63,171 nucleotides of DNA, filler included, from Rhabdomonas costata (GCA_019059605.1; 42 parts of 42 records of this genome joined end to end with filler, not necessarily neighbours in it); one strand, 5' to 3'. Numbered from the whole stretch's first letter, positions 37,164 to 50,304 are shown. Notes: generated from the sequence alone by a model not told the origin. Numbers and translations: made by a program.

Positions 37164-37792
37164 CTGCAAAGAACCCCTTGGTAATGAGCTGATACTGCTA
37201 GAACATATGGCATACAAAGTCGAGGAAGGAATACTATGTCGCATTCACCTCAGGGCAGCCTCAGGGAAAAAGTAAGAAGTGACGCAACACATAAACATAA
37301 AGTGAGAAGATGGTCTCAGATGGGTGGCCGCATGACCCGGGGTGGGGGGCGTTCTCAACCCTGCCTGCTCACTCTGCCTCCCAACTTCCTGACGACTGCT
37401 TAACTCCATAGTACGGGATTAGAGGGAGTCAAACAAGCAAGCCGTGAAGCCGACGAACATGCTCGGGAGGTTAATCTGATTTAACCGTGATTTGCATCAG
37501 ACCGCCTCATGCCGCTATGCTTGGTAACCCACTCACCGCACACAACCTGGCGCCATCTTCGATCTCGTCCNNNNNNNNNNNNNNNNNNNNNNNNNNNNNN
37601 NNNNNNNNNNNNNNTTAATTAATTAANNNNNNNNNNNNNNNNNNNNNNNNNNNNNNNNNNNNNNNNNNNNTTGTTTTGGGTTGCAGCATCTGTGACATTT
37701 CTTTTCCGCTTTCGTTTGCTGTGTGTGAGTGTCTGTGTGTTTCTCGCCCTTGTGTGTGTGTGTGTGTGTGTGTGTTTCTCGGGGGTGTGATT

Positions 37793-38289
37793 ATGGCTTG
37801 CAATTTATGCTGCGGGAAAACTTGTAGGGCAAAACTTCGCCAACTGCTCTCGCTGAGGGTGCTTCTGGCCCTCTCTTTCATCGTACTGATGGTCATCTCG
37901 GGGTTCATCGGCTACTACCTAACTTACCAGCAGAGCCGCACCAGCCTGCTGGAGATTACCGAGGTCGATATGGAGCAAGCCATCCAAACGGTGGGCACGA
38001 AGATCGTGGACAAGGTGCAGCAAGGGCACGCGATCAACCTGGCGGAGGCGCTGTACTTCCAGCGGCAGGGCATCCGTCTGGACAACTTCCTGAACGCGTT
38101 CACGCTGTGGGGACCGAAAACGGTGTCGGACCAGATGAGCGCTGCGGACATCTTCTACTCGACGAACATCTACTGGCCTCCCAACAAAGGGCTGACGTTC
38201 GCGACCGGAGTATACCAGATAGCGTTCTTCAACCTATCGGAGCCCATCTGCAACAACACGGCGCTTGGGTTTCCGGGGAAGAACTGCAA
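37793..38289 (+). CDS. First exon of a membrane receptor (N-terminal TM plus Cache-like extracellular region), likely receptor cyclase/kinase type
   Basis: MACNLCCG..SLRVLLALSFIVLMVISGFIGYYLTYQQSRTSLLEITEVDMEQAIQTV has a TM helix followed by the long amphipathic helix typical of Cache sensors. Donor GTACGA. The output domain is not in the contig. Confidence 0.6.
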
Positions 38290-39645
38290 GTACGACATTT
38301 CGTCACGTCATTAGATTCATTTGGAAATGTTTTAGCCATGATTGCGTGGTGTTATTGGGAGGCATGACCACACCTACCAGCTGAAGGGAATGACTGGTGA
38401 CTGAATGGGGAGGAATCTCTGTGGACCCTAGTTTTCAAAATAGTATGTCTTCATTGGTAGGAGTTTGAGCATTCTTTGAACCTTTTGAACCTTTTGAAAT
38501 TTTGTATTTGGTGAGAGCGCTTCTGCACCGCTGACTGATGCACCTTGTTTGAGCCTCTAATAAGAAGTCGGTTTCTAGTTTTGTAGTTGGCTTGGCCACC
38601 AGCCGGCCATGGCGCCAAAGAGGATTCATGTTGTCTTAATCAATTCATTAGGTGTGGAGTCAGCGCCTCTTCCGCTGACTGATCACTGTTTATGGGCGAT
38701 TTTTCCAACCTGACATGGGAAGTCGGTTCGAGTGAGATAATTTTCTTCTTTCATTCATTCTTTTTCTGGTGGTTGGGGTTCGATCTGAATTCCCGTTTTC
38801 TACTCCAGCACAGGCACCAAAAATGCGACAAAGAAAGACGAGAACGAAAGCCACGGTGGGGCTGAGCAGAGCGAGGGGTAGCTTTGTCCCATCCAGGACG
38901 ACTGATCAATCCCACGTCCTTGCCTCCCCCCCCGGGACGGAAAAAGGTAGCCATGCTTAAATCCGAATGAAAAAAGAACGTGGGGGACCCCAGATTTCAT
39001 GATGGTTCCGCATTGTGAAGCAGATGCAGCACGATGAGGCGAAGGCTTCTCCAGCACACCCAACACAACACCCAACACNNNNNNNNNNNNNNNNNNNNNN
39101 NNNNNNNNNNNNNNNNNNNNNNTTAATTAATTAANNNNNNNNNNNNNNNNNNNNNNNNNNNNNNNNNNNNNNNNNNNNCCAACCATTCAGGCACTGTGCT
39201 GTGTGTGTGCGTGTGCGTGTTTGCGTGCGTGCGTGCGTGCGTTTGTGGTTGTTGTGGGTATACAAGAGGCGATGGAGGCCCTTGCCTCTTGCAATCTGTA
39301 GCCCACTGTTTTTCCACAAGCTCCTCAAGCTGCTGCTGCTGCTGCCGCCCCAGACATCGGCAGCTGTAGCTGCAGTGATTGTATTGGAATGAAGGTTGCA
39401 CATGAGGCACTCATAAAGGAAAGTTTAGCGGTGGTGGTAATGCCACAGAAAATACCCACTTACCTAACTTAACAGGGGTTTGGGTTACGACACTCGCCCA
39501 ATTTATGAGCTAATGATCCTGTTGTGCGTAATCCCCGGAACCTTGCTGCACTTGGCCACCCTTCGTGGGCCTTTTCCTTGTCCATAAGCCTGCCATCCAG
39601 GTGGATGTTTGTACCGATGTGGTTTCCTTGTTGTGTGTGGTGCAG

Positions 39646-40571
39646 GATGCCTCAGGCCGCACCCCACTGCACTGCGCAGCACAGAGCGGCAGCCCGCAGG
39701 CTGTGACAGCCCTTCTGAGGGCTTTCGCCGACGTCGCCGCGCGGGTGGCGCCCCCCGCCCTATCTGATTTTTTATTATCTACGCGTTAGCTGTTTTTTTG
39801 CTGTTTGAATGGTAGGTACGGTTGCACCCATGTGCTTTTGTTTTATTGTGACCAAACTCTTAGATGGGTTGGCAGAGCCCTCATTTTGCTGGACGTATAA
39901 GATAGAGTTTTTGTCTCGGGGTTGCTGGGCAAAGAAGTACGGCCACACCACAGCGTGGTACCGCCTTTCAGCAGAGGTTTTTGTTGGGAAACAGGGGAAA
40001 TGTCTTTGGGGGCTGATCCTCAATGTAAGGCGTTTGAATCCACTGCTAAGTGCGCCCCAGAAGATTCTGTGCAAAGAATCAGTGTGTTGCATTATAAAAA
40101 GTACCGTATAAGCCCATTCTGCTTCACACAAACACACCACTGTGCCTTATCACCACATCTCTTTGTGTGGCCGCAGAAGGGCAGCTCCCCAGAGCCCCGA
40201 CACCCGCCTCCCAACCAAATCAAAGCGCTTCTCTCTTCACCTCTGCTTTAATGTTCGCCAGCATGCACCGTCAGCACTGCCACTGAAGGGAAGGGAAGGG
40301 AGCGAAGTGCTTCAGGGCACTCCCACAGCTTTGCTCTTTGCATGCCTCTGTTCGGCTTCCACGAAGAAACTACGTTGCTGCTCTTCCCATATGACTTTCC
40401 TGTGGAGCCCTGCCTACTCAATTCCGGTTATTCATTTCCTTTTTCTGTTCGCAGGATGCTTCCGGGCTGGTGCCTTTGGCCGTGGCCGTGGCCGCCCACA
40501 ACGACCGCGCCTGTGCTTTGCTGGCCGAGCCCACCTTCGCGTGCAAGGCCATGCACCCCAACCACATCCTT
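39646..40571 (+). CDS. Ankyrin-repeat protein exons
   Basis: 39646-39744 is exactly one 33-aa repeat, DASGRTPLHCAAQSGSPQAVTALLRAFADVAAR. The next exon starts at 40455 with DASGLVPLAVAV. Confidence 0.85.
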
Positions 40572-41482
40572 GACCCCACCAACCCNNNNNNNNNNNNNNN
40601 NNNNNNNNNNNNNNNNNNNNNNNNNNNNNTTAATTAATTAANNNNNNNNNNNNNNNNNNNNNNNNNNNNNNNNNNNNNNNNNNNNTTTTTGGGGGAGGAC
40701 GTGGTTCGAAAAATTTGTATCCTTGATTTTTTGTCCGGGACCTTTTCCATCATAGGTGTGTGTTGCTGGAGGGCTGCAATAACCGTGCGTGTAAACATGT
40801 CTGCCACAAATTCGGGCACTGCCTCGATTCGCCAACCTCTGTTCAACGTTGCATTTTTGATATGCATCCGAGGTCTGCTGGGCGCTGGGGTGCAAGCGAG
40901 CAAGCGACCGAGAGAGGATTGATTCAACAGGGTGGAAGGCGGTTGACTGACTTGAAATGACTGACACTGCAAACTTGTTTTGCGGGGGTGACGGTCACCA
41001 GAAAACAAATTCCCGCTGATGCGCAAAGGAACATTACCACACCATACCTCATTTCCTGCACTCCTCTCCTGCACTCTAGTGCCAAGCCTTCCTGAAGTGA
41101 AGACCGAGGAAAGCTTTCAAAACCGTCCACTGTGACAAAACTATACCTTCAATTCACTTCTATTGCATAACCCTTTTGCCTCCATTACCTTTGCCCCCAG
41201 TACAATTGGCATTATTGTGTACACCACAAGCGCGGCCAAAACAACTACACCAGCATCCTTGTTCACAAATGCCATGGAAGACTGAGAGGATCGGACACCA
41301 CACATGACATGACACATGGCAAGCTACCACGCGAGCAGGAGCCAGAAAAGAGGAGCGCGGCTGACCGATAACTTATCGCGGCTTCCGGCAAAAGCTAACC
41401 GCCCTTCTTTGCAATCAGACTCGTCTTCGAACATCATCTCGGAGCCACCACCCTCCGACCCACCCACTCAGGTCCAAGATAC

Positions 41483-41611
41483 CACAAAGAAGGGCAGCCA
41501 TAGAGAGGACTTGCCGAGCTTCTGCGTCGCCTTCCAAGAAGGCCGCGTCCTGGCTGAGCAGCCTCAGCAGGGCCATGGCATGGGTCCAGCTGCGAGGGCT
41601 CCCTGGGTCAT
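41483..41611 (-). CDS. Putative exon, unknown helical protein
   Basis: tag|..DPGSPRSWTHAMALLRLLSQDAAFLEGDAEARQVLSMAALLC|GTATCT, GC3-rich. Confidence 0.35.
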
Positions 41612-42383
41612 CTACCCACCCCAGTGGCCTGGGCTCGCCCTCGTACTGACCCTTCTTTCCCGCCTATGAGGTGGCAACGCACTAGGAAAGACAAGTGTCA
41701 GGACAAACACAGGGTGAGCTCGCGCATTCAAAGGAGCGGGAGATCTGAGGAAAGCAGGAGCAAGAGAAGAAACACTACCGACCCCTTGAATACCTTCACC
41801 CTAAGTAGGCCTACTGCTTAGCATCAGTGACAACCCCTAGCACTGCCGACATACCCGCTCACATCTATTCATCCGCCAGTCCGCTCATCGAGTCGTTTTT
41901 AAGGGAGAAACACCACAGTTGCGATAGAAGCGTCCAGGAAGTATAGTACTTGCAGACAAAGATACATTGAGTCACTGAGTCGATGCGGCTCATAAGAGGC
42001 ACGTACAGAAAGCTTACTGATGGTCCAGCGCGTTGAAAGATGACATAATGGAGCATGGAGCTGTTCAATCTGTGCACTCGTCAATGCACCCANNNNNNNN
42101 NNNNNNNNNNNNNNNNNNNNNNNNNNNNNNNNNNNNTTAATTAATTAANNNNNNNNNNNNNNNNNNNNNNNNNNNNNNNNNNNNNNNNNNNNAAAACCTC
42201 CAATTGAGCCCAGGATGATGGGGAGCACGTTTACGAAAGTATTCTCTGACCACCGTAAAGAAACACATACACACAAGGAAAGAAAACATGTCCTCCAAGG
42301 TAATCCTCCTGTGCTGTGCCATTTCGTGCACACTCGCCTAATGTGGGGTGCCTTCCTTCTCTATTATCGCCCTATTTTCGCAG

Positions 42384-43140
42384 TGGTGGAGAGGACCTGT
42401 GCATCATCAAGTCACTGTCCCGCGGGCAGGCTTTTGTCCCTTCCGGAGGCAAGAGCGGCTCCAGCTTTGTGAAAACCCTGGGTCCTCTTTCTTGCCTGCA
42501 CCCTCCGTATCTTCCTTTCGAGACCAGCCTTACTGCTGGCTCGCGTGGATCAGGCTTTATAAAAGCCCTGGGAAACTGGAATGCGTTTTGGAGGAATTAA
42601 ACAGCACTCTTCCCCACCAAAGCCGCATACAAATGCTACTTAGGTATTTTATTTTCCGAAAAAAATGGCAATCTCGCCGTGCGCGCACCTTGGCAGAAGT
42701 TCGAAAAGAATAATGCGCCCATGTGGATCTGCTTTGTTTTCGACGGAGCCGCCACCCGACCCGCCGGGAGTACTTGTTACTCTGTCTGCCTTCATGAGCC
42801 GAGCGGTTGTAGGCGTGTGCTTTTTTCAGCATAGCCTGAGCATCATGCTGGGGGCTTTGCCTTTGGAGACTATCTTGCACTCCGTAAAAAGGGGCTCTCT
42901 GAGGCTCAACCTTGGAATTGGAGTTTTTGGAAGACTGCAATGTTTTGTCATTGCGCCATGCTTTTTCTTGAGCAGACTTCTCCGGCTTCACTGCAGCTCT
43001 TTCCTCTGCTGCTCTCACTCCTCCTCGACTCTTTAGACCAGCGGTTCATCCTGAAGCAGGTGAAGCAGATTGAGATCACTCACCTCCTCAGTGTGTCCCA
43101 CAAGTACTTCGAGTACATGGTGCGGGTGTACCGCCAGAAG
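42384..43140 (+). CDS. FAB1: Fab1/PIKfyve-type phosphatidylinositol phosphate kinase domain exons
   Basis: Exons 42384-42481 and 43037-43140 give IKSLSRGQAFVPSGGKSGSSFVKTLDQRFILKQVKQIE...KYFEYM. Confidence 0.85.
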
Positions 43141-43407
43141 GTGGGCATGAATGCACGTGTGTATTGACAGATGCGAGGTGATTTTTCGTCCGCTTCGATG
43201 CGCGGAGCTGCCGTTTGCTCTTCCTGTGCATGATATACCTTGTACGCTTGTGAATCGGACCTGCTTTTTAGCTTATTCGGTGCTGCAGTTCAGCACTCTT
43301 TTACTCGCGTTGTAAATTTTTTTGCGGGAGGGGGGGGGGATGGGGGAGAACCACCGCATAACGTTGATATTCGGTTTGCCGTTGGTGCATATGTTCCGTT
43401 TAGTGGC

Positions 43408-43594
43408 GGTATGAGATCTTATCGTTTAATAACGGCGCACCTTTGATGACGATGTGCAATCTCATTGTGGATGCACACCCTGCTTGTGACATTTTCCAGA
43501 ACTAACGATAAATGATGCTGAGGTGGTGTTTCCACAATGAGATTGCACATCGTCATCAAAGGTGCGCCGTTATTAAACGATAAGATCTCATACC
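43408..43594. repeat. Perfect 64-bp contig-terminal inverted repeat (likely fold-back chimera)
   Basis: Arms 43408-43471 and 43531-43594. The right arm runs into the contig end. Confidence 0.85.
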
Positions 43595-45568
43595 ACCCNN
43601 NNNNNNNNNNNNNNNNNNNNNNNNNNNNNNNNNNNNNNNNNNTTAATTAATTAANNNNNNNNNNNNNNNNNNNNNNNNNNNNNNNNNNNNNNNNNNNNGG
43701 GTTGTGGGGATGCAAAACAGCCGCGCTTGTGGAAGGATTTCGTAGTTTCCGGGAGGTTCCTGGACGTTGGGTCTTGGGCGGCATCCAAGAGTAGCGATGC
43801 CCCTGCAGCTGATGCTTTCTCGTCCCTACACAACGGGGTGGTCGATAAGGTAATACGGGACAACGTTGGTGAAAAAATAGTTGCTCTCCTGTATTCATAC
43901 CAAGACACGAAGGCAACTTTGGCTATGGCGGTCCATAAAGCCATATATCAGATTCAAAGGCAAGGTTTTAAACCTCCAACATGCGTTCTGCCAAGATACA
44001 ATTCAGAGGTGTTAGTGATACCAGATTTGTGTTTCATTTTCACTAACAAACCAAAACAAGCACTGTTATTTGGCCGAAAAAAATGCCTGCTTTCGACGCT
44101 TGTTCAACGACCGACATTTCATCTAAACATTCTGTTCTAGACCATAATTCTAATTGGTCCATAATCGTGGATGAATGGCATATCAGTTTTTTCTTAGGAA
44201 TTCAGGGGGGGGGGGTGGCCACTCTCCACATGAAGCTAGAAGTGAAGGGTTGCTTCGCCAGCTTCTGTTGTGCTATACGCTCTCTTCGCTTGAAAGTTGG
44301 GATGAACAGGTTGTGTACAGGAAGGGTGGCTTGTGGAGGTGGAAGATTAGAAAGGATCCAGGACTCCGGAATTTACGGAAAGGGGGAAAACAACATGTCA
44401 AATAGCAGTTGGTGAAACAGGGCAAACGAGGGCAAAAAAGGGAAAACAGTCTGGAAAGAGAAGAAGCCCCCAAGATGACGCAAGCACCTGAACCAGTGGT
44501 GGACAATTGTACAGAAGAGACCGGTGTTTGGAGAAGCGAGGCGTGAGCAATTAAAGCATCAGTTCAGACGTTAGGAGGCAAAGCGTTACGTCAACAATTC
44601 GGGGGAGCTGCAGATAATCCCATGTGGAAAGTGGGGAGGACCGCCCAAGATGTGCTCCGCATTATCCGACATGAACCCTGAGGATAACGGGCTCCAGCGT
44701 GCCGTTTTCAAGTTGCAAGGGTATGTACATGCGATTGTTACATGTCATTACTTAGCTGCTCGGAACACATCATCGCCAACCGGGGGCTACAGCCTCCGCC
44801 CCTGAATCACTGCCGTGCCATTCGTTTGCCAGTGCCCAGAAGCAATGTGAGAGGTCCTTTTCATACCGCATCCGACAAGGAGAACTTTTATAGTTTCACT
44901 ACGCGCACTGGACACACCCAGTGGAAATAAGTGCGCGCTTTGAAATCTAATCATATGGGCGCGTCACTCGTCCTCTAGTCAAGCTCATTTCGCCTGCGGA
45001 GCGATTGCCACGTTGAAAGTATGTAGGATTTTTGCAGGAGTGAGTGGTGATCAAGCGACTTAAGCGACCCACCAGTGAGTAGTGGAGGGTCTCAAGTTCT
45101 CTATNNNNNNNNNNNNNNNNNNNNNNNNNNNNNNNNNNNNNNNNNNNNTTAATTAATTAANNNNNNNNNNNNNNNNNNNNNNNNNNNNNNNNNNNNNNNN
45201 NNNNGTTGTTTTTGCTCAATAGTGATTGAACGACTGGGTAGGGTGCTTCAGAACCTACGGGCAGCCGCTTGAGACTCAAGTTATAAGTTGTGTTGTGATG
45301 AAGTGATGAAATGCGAAAATACTATTCTGCGGTCCTGTTTTGATTCGTCTGCACACTGGAAATTCTGTGGAATAACAAACGACGGGCTGCCTTAACAAAA
45401 GGTTTGCCGAGTTTTTTTTTGGCAGTATCCGGTTTATTTCCACTGGGCATGTTTCCTCCTTGCACTGCTGCTCCGGCAGTTCACTTACAGCCAGCAATTT
45501 CTTTTGTGTGGCTTTTCCTTTTTTCTTTTTTCTTTTATCTTTGTAATCTGTGCTGTGCTGGTTTGAAG

Positions 45569-46169
45569 CTTGCTTATATGTCCACTCGTGCCGTGGATAC
45601 CCCACGAAATGGGGAAGTCCCAGAAGCGCTCCGCACTCTTGTCAACCTGAGGCTTTCGGTCTACTACGATGGCGTATACATCCTTGCGGTGATCATCAAC
45701 TCCATCCTGCTCTGCTTCTACACCGGTGTCCAACCCATATCTACGCACCGGCAGAACATAAAGGCCGGGGAGGTCGTTTTCACGGGGTTGTGGGTCTTCC
45801 ACACGGTCTCCCACTTCCTCGCCAAAGGACCCCGGGAAAGCCTCTCCGACCCCTGGTTCCACTTCGAGGGTCTGCTTATGGTCCTGGCGTTGTTGTCGTT
45901 CGCCCCAGGAGTGGGCAATTACAGTGGCATCCGGCTTCTTGTCGTGCTGAAGTATGTCTCCGAGGTGGCGTATTTCCGCACCGTCGCCGTGGTGTTGGAC
46001 ACGTTGGTGGCCTGCCTGCCGCTGTTCCGGGACTTGCTGTTTGTCGCCGGGGTATTCTTTCTGTTCTTTGGTATTCTCGGGGTGGAGCTGTTTAAGGGCC
46101 AGCTGCAGTACCGATGCTTCGAGGGAGATCAGCAGTTCACCGAGTTCTTCTGGGGCCCCGACCCCGACT
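45569..46169 (+). CDS. Nav/Cav-like voltage-gated channel, S1-S5 of one domain
   Basis: YDGVYILAVIINSILL (S1), EVVFTGLW (S2), LSDPWFHFE (S3) and FFGILGVELFKGQLQYRC (S5 and turret). Donor GTATGC. Confidence 0.9.
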
Positions 46170-48499
46170 GTATGCTCATCCTTTTTGGGGTTTCTTTTCT
46201 GGATCGGCTGTGGATATGAAGAATGTATACAAATGACCTTAGCCTTCAGTCCTTGAGCGAGCTTGGGTGCTAGCATGCACAAGTGTGAACAAATGTAACA
46301 GTATCACAGGTGTTGCTCCCTAATCCCAGCTGCACATAATTTTCAACGCAATGCCTGAGAGTCCAGCCCACGCAAAGGAACATCATCGGCAGCACTTGCA
46401 GATAAGAAGAGGCGAGGTGATTGGTGGTCCATAGGACTTGCTTTATATGGTTTGTTTGCTTTCGCCATTCGAAACGTCCTCTGCAATGGACGAGAGGTCG
46501 TCCGAGTCTTTGAATCTGTCGGATATAGAAGCTCTCCCCGTCTTCTGTTCCCGGTTGATCCCCGTCTCTGCTATTTCCTGGATGTGGCTTTGCAGACGTA
46601 TGCTCCACGNNNNNNNNNNNNNNNNNNNNNNNNNNNNNNNNNNNNNNNNNNNNTTAATTAATTAANNNNNNNNNNNNNNNNNNNNNNNNNNNNNNNNNNN
46701 NNNNNNNNNTTGTGGGTGTGCTAGAGATGCAGCGTATAACGTGGTATAAGGGGACCAGCCTTGTCCGACCGCGGGGATGTGCTTCAGGGGAAAGGGAAAT
46801 CATCTGGCCTGGAAGAAACACAGGGAACTGGGATTGCGTTTATACGTGGTACCAGAAAATGCACGGATAATCTTTTTGATAAAACGTTTCAGCGCGTTAT
46901 AAATATTTTACTTTGACAGTGCACCCCAGATGGATTTTGGACATGGAGGATTTCGGCGAGGCCGACATCTCAAAACTGGACTGAACAACAATTGCTGAGT
47001 TGGGCACGGGTTGGGACCCATGGTTGTGGAAGAGTGGTCTGGTTTGCTGTTTTGGTTCCTGGGGAAAACTGTTATCACTGGGAACCATTGCAGCCCCCCC
47101 CCCAGGGTGGAAAGGCTTGCCCCAAGTCAAAAGAATGAGTCGTGCAAAACTGAAACCTGTCAGGGAGTGGACCACAACACAAACCAGCACACACCGGAAG
47201 AGTGAACCGCGAGGCATTCCACTTGGTATGAGTGGGTCCCAAACAAGTACGCCTTGTACCCTAAATCCGACGTAGACCGCAGGAAGGAAGGCTGCCACCC
47301 ACAGCAGAGAATCTGTGGCAAGAAAGCCGTCCAACGCAGTGAGATGAGGAAAACTGTTAGCCCAACCTGCCGTGCCATCACGACCACAGCTCCAAAATTA
47401 GTCCATGTTGACACCAACAATGACGCTACAAAGGGGCGGTCCAGAACCCTCCAGCGGGCAATTTTGCCAAGGCAAAGCCTCGTGGCACGGGAAAAAATCT
47501 ACACTCGCAGGTCCGAGAAAGGCAGCACCTGATTGGAGTGCTTCAGAACAAACAGCACAGTGTCTGGGACACCAGGAAGGAGTTGAACCACCTGCCATCC
47601 CGTCTCAATGCGTTGCACCTGAAAATGTCATCAGAAGGAAGGAGCACCACGGAAGCGGAGACCACCCATTAAACCAGAAAGCACAAAAACAAAAACTTTC
47701 CATACCGGGCAGCGCAACAGGTTCAGCGCAAACAGGCGAAAAGATCTTGCCTCGAGGTTGATGTACTTCAGAAAGCCTCCACTGTCACCTAGCGCCTGCA
47801 GCGGCGGAGGTTGAGAAATTTACCACCACCCATACGGCAACAGACACGGTGGACTCCTAGAAAATATCCCCCTTGGCAACTGTTTGGCAAGGTTCAGCGA
47901 ATCTCCCAGAGACCGATGGGTCAGAGTATGGATGGGGAAATGGCTGAGAGCCCAAAGACCATGTTCCATGCAGGCGGCGTAATGCATTGCATACACAAAA
48001 TCGGGGAATACACAAAAAGGCGTGTGCAGACAACGACCGTGTGGAAAAAATGACATTAGGCATGCAGCAAATGGAAAAGGAAAAACCAAAAGAGCAGTGC
48101 TAATTCCGAGGGATGNNNNNNNNNNNNNNNNNNNNNNNNNNNNNNNNNNNNNNNNNNNNTTAATTAATTAANNNNNNNNNNNNNNNNNNNNNNNNNNNNN
48201 NNNNNNNNNNNNNNNCGGAGCGACAGTTGTTGTACTGGTTTGGACGGATGAAGAGAACAGATTGAGGGCCTTTTCCGGTGCCTTCAGAACAGGTAGTTGA
48301 ATTCAGAATGTGCATGTGCAAGCTTACTGGGCTGGAGCGAAGATTGCGACGATGATGATTGTTCAAGTGTTCGTCATGTTTGAACATTTGAATGGGATTA
48401 CTGATTTGAGGCTTGTTTAAGTTTATGACTGTGCCCTCTGCGATGAGTCTCTTTTAAGAGCTGGGAGTTATGGGAGGTGTCGAGCCGCATCGACGATAT

Positions 48500-49170
48500 C
48501 CACTTAGCCCATTTTCTGTCTGCGCATTTCCCGGGATCCGCCTTTGAAGGCTACGGCCACGTTTTGCAAAACATATAGAACGCCCTCCTTTTACCCCAAT
48601 GGGTGTTGAAGACGTTGAAAATTCGTTCCGGCAGCAAAGAACTCCTTATGACGAAGTACCAATGTGCCCCAAAATTGACTATGACGGTGGGAGAGCGGGG
48701 AGGGTATTCAATCCAGTTTTGCAAAGCGGTCTTGTTTTTTCCTTTTCCGAAAGAGGTGATTTTTAAGCAGCACACGCACAAAAAATTGACTTGGCGGCAC
48801 TAGTTCAGGAGTTTTTCGAGAAACAGATGACTTTGAATGCATATGGGTTTGTGACGGTTTGTGACGAAGTTCAAACCCGCACCAGAAGTGCTCTTCTCAC
48901 AAAATTATACTACGAAAGGCTGGGGTCAACAAAGCAACCAGTGATTTGCACCGATGGAACGGAAAGCACAGGAAACGTGTGCGCTGCAATATAAGGTGGC
49001 AGGCGCCAGGGGCTTTTTCCATATCAGGATGCTGCTGTTTCACATGAATCAGCAATGATCACCGACGACAATGCTCGTGTACCAGCGGACACTCTAGAAA
49101 GCAGGACAGTTTGCCCTCATTGACGAAGTTAGCATGCTTTTTTTTGAAGCAACAAAATGGGATTAAACCG
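48500..49170 (+). mobile_element. Possible decayed Pif1/Helitron helicase relic
   Basis: ALIDEVSML (49113-49139) is a Pif1-type Walker B. ICTDGTESTGNV upstream resembles a decayed Walker A. The frames are broken. Confidence 0.3.
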
Positions 49171-49460
49171 AATAACAGATTTTTACGGGCACAAAAAATA
49201 ACTTGATGACAACGAATCATGTGAGAGATTCATGTGAGAATCGCTTGCATCAGTCACCTTCCTGTGAAAACAGGGGGGATCACAACAAATTTTTCGTGGA
49301 AGGGTTCCGTTTGCGCTTCGGACTTTGCATACATGACTTCTCCCTCTTCTTGCTCCTCACCTTGCTCAGCCTTGCTCAACCTTTCAGTTTTGCGGTCAGC
49401 TTCAGCTCGTGTCAGGAAGAATGGAATAGCTGTTACCCCGCTTTTGTGTGGGGTTTTGTG

Positions 49461-49613
49461 TGAAGTTAGTGAGGGAGGAGGACAGAAATGTTCGACAACG
49501 CGGTGAACTACGGTGGGGAGGGCCCTGCCCCTCCGATGCCGGGGGGCTCGCCCGTGAGCCCCGTGGTTCACCGCGTTGTCGAACATTTCTGTCCTCCTCC
49601 CTCACTAACTTCA
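49461..49613. repeat. Perfect 48-bp contig-terminal inverted repeat (likely fold-back chimera)
   Basis: Arms 49461-49508 and 49566-49613, with inner microhomology TACGG/CCGTG, followed by the A/C tail. Confidence 0.85.
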
Positions 49614-50304
49614 AACCCAACNNNNNNNNNNNNNNNNNNNNNNNNNNNNNNNNNNNNNNNNNNNNTTAATTAATTAANNNNNNNNNNNNNNNNNNNNNNN
49701 NNNNNNNNNNNNNNNNNNNNNGTGCGCACTGGTGGGAGCGTAAACGCAGCGGATAGAAGCCAGACCGATGCCAACCACAGCCCATACCCAGAAACGAAGA
49801 AACACACTGAACAACAGCACCGCCGTTTGATCATCCGACTCCCCAAAAGCTGCCCGCCGGAAATACACTCTTGCGGGTGGGAAAGGGCTGCCGACATGAA
49901 TTCCCTCACCTGCTTCAATGCAGCGGGACGCTTGCGCGCGGCTTGCAAAGGCGAATACTCATCATCCGATGAAGAAGGGTAGCATACTGAATGGGTTGGC
50001 AGGCAACTCAAGTGCAGTTGGACACAGGCCTTTCATGTATTACGCTCACAACAAGTACAATGATTAACAGCAGTGCTCATGCACCGTCCGCGAGGACTCA
50101 ATATCACCACAAGGGTGACGTGGGACTTTCGGACACCGGCGTCTTGCCACTGTCAAGCTTGACTGATGGGGGTTCTATTACTAACCCTTCTCCGCCTTCT
50201 CTGCAACTATGCCTCTGTTCCTGTTTCCTGTGCCCCCACCCTCCACCCGCCCAAACACACATGCGCACACTCTCTTTTTCAAAATGCCGGCCGGCCACCG
50301 AAGC

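Noticed and set aside
43408-43594. Perfect terminal inverted repeats (also 23912-24000, 49461-49613, 55756-55840) as MITEs or hairpin RNAs
   Set aside because: All abut a contig end or primer tail, share no sequence with each other, lack target-site duplications and in some cases show inner microhomology, as expected for self-priming fold-back chimeras.
45485-46282. Long antisense ORFs in the ORF track (this one and many others)
   Set aside because: They are shadows of GC3-rich exons on the opposite strand, or read-through into N runs.
46710-48115. Possible decayed non-LTR retrotransposon C-terminus
   Set aside because: Only a vague resemblance. No RT, endonuclease or intact zinc-knuckle motif was found.
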